This document shows positions 51,401 through 62,132 of a stretch of 64,000 nucleotides of DNA, in pieces. Position numbers and translations under genes: made by a program. Numbering within the stretch: the first letter of the stretch is position 1; every line of letters starts with the position of its first letter. The notes under the pieces were generated by a model. It worked only from the letters and a program-made list of their open reading frames with translations. It made no database searches and was not told the origin of the DNA. The DNA lies in NCBI GenBank assembly GCA_002633005.1, contig NMRA01000025.1:1219160-1283159 (forward strand), in the 5' to 3' direction. This DNA is from Phoronis australis. Its lineage: Eukaryota > Animalia > Phoronida.

Positions 51401-54400
51401 ATTTAGGCAAAGGAAATCTTTTCAATAATAATCTTTTGATGTTGACCAAAAATATTTAACACTATGAACCACGCTACTTAAAATAAACATACAAATTCCG
51501 AAGCACATCGTGTGTTTCGTACATCGTTCATCCAAGTGACAACAGTACTTCACAGGTGACCACTAACAATTAAATTTCGCTTCCGTGCATATCGTATACG
51601 AATCTACGTGTGTTGAAATTCAGCACTGCAAAAAGAAATAGTTCAAAAACATGAACAAGCATTCACTAAGACTTCAAAATACAATAGGAACTCATTTGTA
51701 GTTCATTTCTCGCTTTGCAGTGGTTAAAATTATTGCTGGTGAAACAAGTAGCTAGCAAAAGTAGAACGAGTTGACTATTGCCGTTTCCTATTTTGTATCG
51801 GGTCACCTACCTGCCGGTATAAAAGTGAGTAGAATTTAGTAACTCGCTAAAAAGTAAAAATTTGCGAGATTTCGTGAGATATTGCCGTGTATTTTAACTG
51901 AGAACACGTGATTTTGGCTAGATTTTAGTGAGGTCCAAGAGTTACTGAACTCTACCCTGGCCTCTGCTTGTTCCATACTCGCATTAGAACATAATTCGGG
52001 GCTTGGTAAGAGATTTTTCACTGCCGAGACCAAATCTAACCATTTCGCTTAGAACGGCTGGTCGTTTTGTTCGAATTGTTCTTCCAAGTTCAGAAATCCC
52101 TACTAGTCTAGAAAATAGGTGATGTGGGTTCATTGTACATTTAACAAGGAGTCCTATAATATTACCCTTTCATATTCTTTGATGTTCTGAACCAGGTAGT
52201 CGCTCAGGTACACTCGCAGTCTCACAAGAGGTATTCCGAGTTTGCCGGTGTAAAGTTTTTTGTAAATTCTGGCTTCGACACTGATATCTCTGACAACTGC
52301 ACTGACCACAAAAAGACTGAAGTGCTTCGTATATATGGAAACAAAGCCCTTCGCGTCGACTTCGTAATACATCTCCTGAGGAATGTTGTTTTCCTTCGAT
52401 TTCCTAGGAATTTCCGTTAAGTTAGAAGGCTGTTTGAATGACGGGCAGTAGTATACTTTAATAGTGTTTGCCGCATCTTCATCTACAACGCATTGTTCGA
52501 GTTGCAACATAACGTGCTTCTTGAATTGTTTTTCTTTGTGAACATCGAACTGAAATATCGCAGCAACCAGCTTTTCCTTTTCACCTTTAAAATTGGCCAC
52601 GAAATCTTGGACGTTAGCAACAGGAAACCCCTTAACACCATACACTTCTCTGGGTGGAATTGCCTCACGCGGAATCAGTAATGTCGCACTGGGGGACACT
52701 GCCAAAGTGCCTCCTTCTTCATCGTATTGATAAAATTCGTTTGGTGAGTGTTCGTCGATATCAGCGCCTTTAGGCCAGTTGCATTGCGTTGAAGCTGGCA
52801 GTTGAACATGGGGTGTCAGCAGATCAGTTGTGCTTGAATAAATGTTCCTTCTAGCATGAACTAATGCTTTTGCATTCTTTTCAAGGAGAGGCATTTCGAC
52901 AGCAGTTCCAGAGCCACTTCCCACATGGTTGTCTATGTTGATGTCGTTAGTGTGAACCGCCGTAATTACCGGTTCGAGCAATGGATGGTCTGCATTTATT
53001 ATAAATGTACGTTTCCGACGCTCTTGAAACCGACCTTTACGTTTTTTTATAAGGATGAATGTCACCTGCAATATTACAAAGCAAGCACTTTGAGTCAGAA
53101 ATGAGCTTCACAATAGAAGTGAGTTTCACAAGTATATTGTTCATTAAAACCAATAACAACGCGAGTTGACCTTATTTGTCAGAAAGAAACATCATAGCAA
53201 TTATCATAACAAATTGTTTTCGAGGATTGCTTTGGTATCATAGCAACAGGAAACGCGGACAACCAAGTGAGTTTAGAATGAAGAACCATGAACGCATTAT
53301 ATAAATGCAAAAATAAATGTTTTGCAGAATTTTATCGCAATGTTAATTGGTATTATACACCGGTGAACGTAAAACGACGCCAAAAGTCACACAGAAAAGT
53401 GAGATTGTCCCTCCTCCATCTCTCAGCCATTCTCTCTCCTCATCTTTCTCAAACGCATGAACCATGACTTACGGTAATACTTACGAATATTAGAACGGCT
53501 GTACATGTCCCGAACAGGCAAGAGAGAGCAGTAGCAGTAACTTCCTTGCCTTGGCGTGTTTCGTGGCCTGCTACAAAGTGTCCAAAATGTTGGGTGTGGA
53601 AAACAAAGTTACAAGAAAAACAACGGTTTCACCTGTTCAAGACTTTATAAAGGTTCCTGCGGGCTCCGCCAGGGTTTCATTTTGTGTTTCCCAGAATGTT
53701 GTGTTTTTATAGCTGTGATAAGTATCGTCAGAGTAAGTGAACATTTTCAATTTTTCATATTATATTGTAATCACTGCATGCAACGCCTTTAAGCATTAAA
53801 AATTAATTTCATCATCTATAATAAGACGCAGTCTTAAGTATCCCATTATCACGGTCGCCGAAAAATTAATCGATATTTTCAAAGTCTACACAAACTGACA
53901 TTGCGCTGATATGGTTATGGTATATTCCTATGGGTGGAAAGAGTGTTCCAGAAATTACTAACGATACTTTCTTTGAAAAGACTCTCTCATTATTATTTCC
54001 ATGGGCCTCGGAAGACAATATGTAATAACGTAGGCGGATTCAAAGATGTCCAGGGCCCCCCTGCAGACACGGAACTTTGACTTCGAAATTTGTGCACCCC
54101 NNNNNNNNNNNNNNNNNNNNNNNNNNNNNNNNNNNNNNNNNNNNNNNNNNNNNNNNNNNNNNNNNNNNNNNNNNNNNNNNNNNNNNNNNNNNNNNNNNNN
54201 NNNNNNNCCCCCCCACACACACACACACACACACACAACCTCCTTACGACAACCTAGATCGATCCACCAGTATATAAAGGGCTTTACTAATAGCACCGCT
54301 AAATGCACAACCAAAAAAATCGTGCATGACTAAACCAAAGGGATAACCAAAGTCATCATGCGCGCACCCGGGGGGTGGGGCTCCGGAGGCTCGAACGCAC

Positions 54401-57400
54401 CCCCTCCATTTGGCAAAGTGGGCAAAAAGGTCTGCCTCAGAGAAAAAAAAAGTCCTCGAAAACGAGACAAAAGTCCATTAAAAGGGCAGGAGTTCGGCGA
54501 ATGCACAAATGCACAATTTATAGACATCAACGAGCCACGTTTATTTTTAAGTAAAAGATCCACTTTCTCAAAAATTCGAGCCCCCAACATTTTAGGCTGG
54601 GTGCGCGCATGAACAAAACTTCAAACAGCTACAGCACAATATGCAACTCCCACTAACTGAAACGTTAGTCCAAGTATAATTAAAAGAAACGTTAAATGAT
54701 TATAAAATAATTTTATCGCGTTTACCTGAATCCCAATTGTCTTCTGCAGGTTGCATCTTACATTTTTCGCATACGACGTCGGAGGTTTGTGTACCTATGT
54801 GTTTTACAAAACTCATTAATAGCGAAGCTCAGTGTTCACGATAAATTTGAAAACAACACCCCCACACAACGTCAACTTTTTAAAACATTTCAGGCAGCAA
54901 CGTGCTAATTGATGTCCGCTGTCATACAAGCACTGGTTATCGGAACGACTTCGTAAAAAGTAAGGTGCACAGCTGTACCTGTCTCGATTCTTTTTTTTTT
55001 GTTTGTCTGCCACTTGCGGTTTTCCCTTTTACCAACAATTCAACCGGTAAAATATCAGTTAACTCTACAAATGTTGCTTCACAAATACAAAATAGATTTT
55101 GATAAAATGAATTCTGAAATAATCTAAATTTGCAAAACAAACTCAACGTCAGCTTATGAACCTCTCTAAACAGTCTGTAAAACCCATAAATTGAAGTTAA
55201 AAACCAAGTATGCCTATGTAAACTGAGTAACAACAGTCCACGTGGCATGTTGGCAAAACGCAGAAAATGAAATTTTTGCTGCGGCTTTTATGAGAAATGG
55301 CTTTATTGGCACAACTTCTGGCTAAATCGCATTTTTACAAGAATAGCTACACGGTATTACCAACTTACCATTGTGTTTCACATAGTATCCAGGTGGACAT
55401 TCCCTGTGCACTAGACAGCGTCCCTTAGTAGAATCGAACCAAAATCCTTCTTTGCACGAGCAGACTATGTCGTGGGTACATGTGCAATTCTTGGTGATAA
55501 CACTCAGATGGCGAATCTTCTCAGGGCATTCGTATCTGCACCGTTTACACTCGGATAAAGTGTTCCACGAATTTGAATAAGACCCCTCCGGGCACTGTGC
55601 ACAAAGCGTCCGACGGTCTAATTCACATGGACGAAGGGCAAAATAGCCCGGGGCGCACCTTTCGCAGACAATCCCGTCGTGAACGTACGAAGCCGCAATC
55701 TGAAATTTTAAAAATTAAATTTTTCTCAAAGAGTTAGGACCACGTGGGGGAATTTACTGCCGTCAATATGAGCAAGGAGTTTTCCCATGAGTCATGAAAT
55801 TACCATTTGGGGATTTTTATCAGGTGTAACCTTGAACTTGGCTGTTACCTGCATGCAGAAATTTTGAAAGCTAATCTAACATCGTTACACATCCCTATTC
55901 ACTAATAGTTGGGTTGTTCGAAATAGGCAGCAACGGCACGCCGTGTGAGGGGTGCCAACTGATTTAAAATGGCGGGGCTGCGCGCCACGTCGCCACCTTG
56001 TGGCAGAAGCTTAAAGCGGCTACAAACCCGAATTCCACCGCAAAAAACAACTTTTGATTTATATGACCACTCACCGTTAAAAACTTGGTCTCAATGTCTC
56101 CCTTAATCAAAGTTAGATGTGATTTCAGGGTTTTATATTGCTTGAGACCTAGCAGTTGGCTTGTTACGGCGGTCACTTTGGGCACTGGCCTAACGTGATC
56201 ACAACTAGTAACAAGTTGACAGTTCACTGCAAACTTAGAAATCACTTCTCATCTTGCGAAAAAATTGTGACAAATTGTTGGCGGCAACTCATCCAAACCA
56301 AACGTTGATTGGCTTTTTTGACGAAACTCTGGTTCATTTTTACAGACCTTCATTTGATCAGTTACGGTAAAACAGACTTTGAACAAAATGCGGGGACTAC
56401 ACCAGAAAGGTTTATACAAGAAATGTCCCTAACGCCAGAATGCAATGCTTATATCGAAAAGATATTAGGGACACTAAGTAGTAATTATAAATTAGAGAAC
56501 AAAACAATTAGTTTCCTTCAGTAACATTTTTCCACTCGAATATGGAAATTTCAAGGTTTTGATAAAATATGAAAATTGGACCTGAGCTGTCGACGTTACA
56601 TGAATAAACTGTTTACAAGGAAAACACTCGTATGCGGGTTTTTGCATCGCACAGCAGTGCCCTGATCAGCTTTCACCAGGATCAATGAGCAGCGTCAGAG
56701 GCGAGCATAGTGGCGATAAGCGCATTGTCCGATGCTAGCAATTACCCAGCCATAAATTACAGTACTGAAACATCTCTGCCTGACGAATTTTCAAAATACA
56801 AAAAACTCAATTTCGTTCGTTAAAAATAAACATTCAACTGGAAAAACAGCAGTGTGGGGTTTTCGATTTTTAACATTCGATGACATAAGCTAAAAACCAC
56901 AAACATTCATTTAGCGGATTGAAGAAACAATCGTGCCTATTCATATGCTAGGAGAATTTACAAACAAGGACATGAATTAACGATATCAGATACCACAATC
57001 AAAATCTGCCACTGTTTCGGCACCAAACCGTTACCGGTAAAAACGCTATAAAACACTGGAGAATTAAGAATAAAATGACGAAAACTGGTGTGAAACATAT
57101 TTAAATACGAAGTTCGTTTGGGAAGAAGCCCCCTATCAAGATGAACCCAAGTAATAGTTTTTAGTCAGTTTGTAATATGCTCGATTAAAACTGTGTACCT
57201 TTTACATTTCAAGCCGTACAACTCTGTGAAAATCAATTTCGGTGCAATAAAAAGTAGGGCTATGGATTACCATTCCGCTTCATGAGCCTCGGGCTACAAG
57301 AATACAAAGGGCGTGCTGAATAGGCACCATAAAAGTTGGTTAAAAAGGGAATCTCAGTGGCGAGCAGCTTAAATGGAACTCATAAAATCAGTTACGCGCG

Positions 57401-59539
57401 TTCAGCGCATAGAAAATATCAAGTGCCGTCTTATTTCTGTTCGTACATGTAAAAATAAACCAACAATAATGAATCAAATGAAATTTTCGGATATAACCAC
57501 ATCCTTTCTCAACAGAAACAAAAATCAATTAAAGTCAACCACGATATAACAAATGAAATGTGGCGTAATGAAAGTATTAAAGAAGTCTTTATGTTTAATC
57601 CATTGCCTTCAAGTGTGTTAAGTTTAGCTATCCAAATTTGTTCTCTTTCGAGTCTATGAGGGGTATTAGGATATTGACGTTGTAAAGAAAGATCTTGATT
57701 ATGGTTTTTGGAATCGAAATGATTACCTATTGTGTCAGGTATGTTTTTATGTACTATGTTAAAGCTATAATTGCGAAATCGAGTTTGTAAATTATGTTGA
57801 ATTTGTCCTACGTATTGGATGGAATATTTTTGCAGGTTTTTTAAGTAAATAATATTGGTGGTGGCGGTGCAGTCAGAATAATTCTTTATTTCGAATTTTT
57901 CATTGGTCTGAGATGACTGGAAGTATTGTTGTTGATAAAGTTACCCATTTTGCATCTAGATTTGTTACATTGTGTGCTGCCAATAGTCAGTTTGATTTTT
58001 ATTGTCTATATTTGCTCTAACTAAATATTTTAGACTATTTTACGTTTTCTCCAAGAAATTATAGGCGGATTAAGAAATAGGTTTTTCATTTGACGGGAAA
58101 TATGCAGAGTGAAAAGATGTTTTCTGAAGACGTGACTAATTCCGTTTAAGAATATATTGGTTATGGAAGGTATTCTATAATTAGTATTGGGGACTGTCTT
58201 TCGTTTTAGTTCTTGAAGATTCATCTTTTGTGATTGAGCCAACATTGCAACTTATACACAAAGTCAGGCCTGCAGCCAGATGAGGGGTTCGGGGGGAGGG
58301 GGTAGGGGGGGAGCTCGATCTAACCCACTGCTCCGCCGAAAATGTCCAGCCCCAACCTATCTGCTGCGGCGGTAAGGATATAGTTCAGAACAACAACAAA
58401 GACTGTGTTTCCGCTGAGCATACGTAAATTCACTGCAGTTCTTGTTGTTCAAAAACAGACGTTCCCGTTTAGATGTGTTTTCCTGCAGAAAACGCCAACG
58501 TGAGCAGGGCTGCTTGTCCACAGTATTCTGAATCAAGGCCTAAGTCTATCAATTAATTTTTGGTCAATGAAAAAGGCTTCTCTCATGTGGACAGTAAATT
58601 AGCATAGTGCACTGACGACCTCGGAGACTTCATACAAGCAACAGACTCATGGAAAAGGTGTCCTACTCCAGAAATACACAAAAGGAGTAGTCTTCAGTCA
58701 GAAAGGTGAACGTGCAGATAAAGGAAAATAGGCACAATCCCAAGGTGATTAAGAACTAAAGCGACTTTTCATTGCCGTCGCCAGTTTATTGCATTGAAAA
58801 GAGATTTTGAAAGATTTGTAGACGGGCTATCCAGAAAATTATACCTATGATGAAACATTTACAACAACCGAAAATGAAGAACCCCATGTATACATGTACT
58901 TCGGCTTAAATTCAAAAATGAATTTTTGAGATTACTGAAAAACACGTCTGACAACTGGATATTGTAAAGGAAATAAAAGATGAAAAAACTTCCGTTATTG
59001 CTAACAGCAGTTTGAAAAAGTTCGCTCAATATGAATTATTGCCGTCCTCGATTTATTCCTCAGTGTTTGTACATTTCGAATAATCATAGTACTAATTTCT
59101 CTGTGAACACTCTTAAGTTGCCCGACGTCCCAGAAGAACAATGTCGTCTATTCATGACATCATGTCCTCATGTCTTAGTGAAGAAAAACCCAGTAAACCA
59201 TTCTGTTGGTTATCAATGTGAAACTACATATGCATAGGACTGTAGTGTCAATCTAGCGTAAGATAAGAAACCAAAAGAGAATATGCATTCCGGAATCGTT
59301 GAAAAATGTTCGGAAACGACAGTCAGTTTATTTGTTCCATTTTGGTGTTCGAGCTCATAAACATTCATATAAACCACAGCAGTATGAAATATTAAATGAT
59401 ACGTCTCGAAAACAGGCCGAAAAATTTCGCGGGATACCAGAAATCCTTTGTGTATGGTTGTTACTCGTCACACGTACTGGCAGCTGCCACTTACCTTAAC
59501 AAAGATAACTAACAACAAAGAAGTCCTCATCATTCCCAT
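45495..59539 (-). CDS. TNF-receptor-like type I membrane protein with cytoplasmic ZU5, UPA-like and DEATH domains, 9 exons, ~704 aa
   Basis: Exons: 59539-59495 (signal, MGMMRTSLLLVIFVK); 55699-55369 (TNFR CRDs, CERCAPGY..C..LCAQCPEGSYSNSWN..ECKRC..C..NCTCTHDIVCSCKEGFW..C..HRECPPGY); 54794-54726 (GTQTSDVVCEKC); 53570-53485 (TM start); 53065-52166 (TM end, KKRK, ZU5 DEEGGTL..LLIPREAI..FKKHVMLQLEQC..YTKHFSLF); 51278-51126 and 48110-47898 (UPA-like); 47301-47150 and 45660-45495 (DEATH-like). All GT-AG with matching phases, 2115 nt open. Confidence 0.85.
49353..50351 (-). mobile_element. 5'-truncated non-LTR retrotransposon (ORF2 C-terminus), degraded, in intron 6 of the receptor gene
   Basis: FKQLLGV..NHIVLGELGRYPI..IKYWFKLL and AIAKLRCSNH..EKGRH..CCFC..IEDVYHFICVC. 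Flanked by a 26-bp direct repeat (49327-49352 and 50352-50377, two mismatches) consistent with a TSD. Confidence 0.85.
54101..54207. other. Assembly gap (N run) next to poly-C and (CA)n
   Basis: 107 Ns inside intron 3 of the receptor model. Confidence 1.
54357..54611 (+). mobile_element. MITE family A copy
   Basis: CATGCGCGCACCCGG...CTGGGTGCGCGCATG; flanks do not match, so no clear TSD. Confidence 0.85.
55776..55794. promoter_or_regulatory. Adjacent kappaB-like (GGGAAAACTCC on minus) and AP-1 (TGAGTCA) motifs in intron 1 of the receptor gene
   Basis: GGAGTTTTCCC at 55776-55786 and TGAGTCA at 55788-55794. Confidence 0.3.
57560..58245 (-). mobile_element. Penelope-like retroelement remnant (GIY-YIG endonuclease end)
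   Basis: Minus-strand peptides NLFLNPPIISWRK, NIIYL...IQYVGQ and HRLEREQIWIAKLNTLEGNGLN (the WIxxLxTLxPxGLN-type Penelope C-terminus); frameshifted. Confidence 0.8.
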
Positions 59540-59621
59540 GACGTTTGCCATCTCTTTGGCAGCTGCTGTAGGACAGACTTACTTGACAAATCGTCATCTG
59601 CGAACTGACTGACAAGCAAAC

Positions 59622-59978
59622 GGGGAAATACCGAAGTCACCTCAGCAGTGGGAAATTCCCACGTGAAGCGCCCCCGTTTGGCAAAAAGATATCGAGAGGA
59701 TTGGTGGAGGAAGTTAGCATCGAAGGATTGACCTCCCAAGAAAGGCACAGATTGGTCCCATCTACACAATAATTGTCTTTTACTTTTAATTCTACGCCCG
59801 TTCACTCCCGTGGCCGGCGGAGCGCGTACGGTCATCACCTTTATAAACTCCAGCCGGTGTCACGGGAAAAACCTTTGCCGGGAAAAACCTTTGCTAAGGC
59901 ACCTTAGTCCGCATGCGCGGAAATGGGCAAATCTTTTTCTCGTCGTCGAGACGGGAAAAACAATTGCCGGGAAAAACC
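59622..59978. promoter_or_regulatory. Cluster of NF-kappaB/Rel-type motifs upstream of the TNFR-like gene
   Basis: GGGGAAATACC at 59622-59632, GGGAAATTCCC at 59650-59660, and GGGAAAAACC at 59864, 59880 and 59969, all within ~450 bp of the ATG. Confidence 0.5.
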
Positions 59979-61919
59979 TTTGCTCTGGTTGAGCCTTATT
60001 GCGTGTGTTTTAAAATTTAATCAAATGTTAATGCGGTGTTTGTAGATTTAATATTGCAACTATTTACTGCTCTTATGCTTCAAGTGTTGGCTTATTTTGT
60101 GGTAATTTAAGGACAACGAGGGCATATCGTAGTGCAAGGGGAGTGTCTCGGGAAATACATTTGCCATATTACAGCTAGTCAAAGTTCGTTTAATAATAGT
60201 GGTCATACAGGCGTGCGTTCAGTAGATGCTAGGACCTACGCTAGGACCTAGATAAAATCTAGCCAAAGTCACGTGATCTCATTTAAAATACACCTTATCT
60301 CGCAGACGTCTTGCTTAGCGAGGCCAACTCGATAGCGTTACTGAACGGGAGGCGGGACTGTACGTTATACTCATAATTTGTTAATAAATAAAATTTGACA
60401 GGAAGCTCCAGTCACTGAGAGCCCTGCCCTCGAAGAGACTATTGGCTTTTGTCTTATGGCTCTCAGCTGATACACAGGATGGCCTAGACTATGAAACACA
60501 AAGCTGAACTTCGCTGGAAAATCTGTCAACACTACCCGAAGTCACATAACGCTAAATCGTCGCGAGATGAGAGACCGTCTGGAGTTGGTATACGGTGCAA
60601 CTCCGGACGGTCTGGGCTCAACTGAGAAAACCATAGTTCTACTGTGAGTCTACACCAATGTGACAAAACGAGAGTAGTTGACGCATCCAGTCACTCGATC
60701 TGCAGGTATCATTATCTCTTTTATGACAAACAACATGTGACTGGACGACAAAGCCTTTTCAAATTAGTGTAGATAATTCAGTGGAGCGGCGCCCCTGATG
60801 TCCCTGTCAAGTCCTCATGACAATTCCACGTTATGAAAAGACAATTGAAAAAATCGACTCAGCTCGGCTAGACAGGCAGAACACAAAATTTTTCGAGAGA
60901 CGCAAAAGACAAAATTAAACTTTTGGATACTCGTAGCCAAAAATCGGACTTTTGGCTAAAGTCAAAAGACAAACTCTAGTATAGTCAGTCCTGAAACAGG
61001 GAGCTTCACATTCGTGAACGAGGCCCCAACATCTGGCCACACCCTAAAATGCCCCCATAATGCGTTTGAAAGTAAGCTTGATACTCGATGTACAAGCCGA
61101 TTTAAAATGATGAATCGTGCAATACTGATTACCACGTGTCGTGCCAAGATTATCAACATTGCATATTTTGCTTGAAACCAAAAGGGCGGGGTCCAAAAAA
61201 TTGAACATTCGCGGTAACTCAGATCCAATATCCATATCTATTATTGAGTATGTGTCAATCATCACTAAACGATATATGTAGGATAAAATACCGTTCTGAT
61301 CGGGTCACATAGACGACCGCAGAATCACCTAAACATCTCTCTGATGGTTTAAGTAATTAGACTAGATCTTTTTAATTTTTAAAAAAATTCTGTGAACTAT
61401 ATTTTTTGTTTAATGTGGTGATGATTCAGTGGAATGTAATTTAATAGTTTTTTTGGAAGATATCTCCTGAAAAATTTTCGTCAAACAACTACATTACAAC
61501 CCGGCTCCCGTGTAGTCCGTATTCCACCCGTTACTGGTTTTCAGAGGTCTGGTATCAATCTTTCTTTTGTTAATTGCTAGGCTCATTATTTTGTCCGATG
61601 TCACCACGAAAACGTCTATTACCTACCACGATGAATGTATACATGGTATCGACTCAAAACTGTGGCCAACAAATAAAAATCCATCGCAGCGTTTGGGCCA
61701 ATCATTTTGTCTCATCTCTTCCTCGAGCAGAGAAGTTGTCTGCACTAAATTTTCACGATTCAGAAGCCAAATTTCAATTGCTGTCCTTGACATTTTAATT
61801 CATTTTCAAACAGTATTTTATCACCGATAATGCAGTAATTTTCCTGTTCAACAATAGGAGCTTAGATCAACTTTCTTGATATCAAGAGCGAACATTAACG
61901 AAGGCGACTAGACACCGAC

Positions 61920-62132
61920 ATTAGGCGAAGTGGGCAAAGAGGTCCGCCTCTGAGAAACAAAAAGTCCAAGAAAATGAGACAAAAGTCCCCTAAACAAGCA
62001 CAAACGCGCAATTCACAGTGTTGTCCTTTTTGTTTTTTGTGTTTTTTTTTGCCCGCCTTTTTGTTACCAAAAAGGTTTACAACCGGCAAGAATTTGAGCC
62101 TCAGTCCCCATCGGTCAGTGGGTGCGCGCATG
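61920..62132 (+). mobile_element. MITE family A, 5'-truncated copy
   Basis: GGCGAAGTGGGCAAAGAGGTCCGCCTC...GGGTGCGCGCATG. Confidence 0.8.

Noticed and set aside
53571-53632. Alternative acceptor for receptor exon 4
   Set aside because: Runs into an in-frame TAG at 53571-53573, which is itself the working acceptor.
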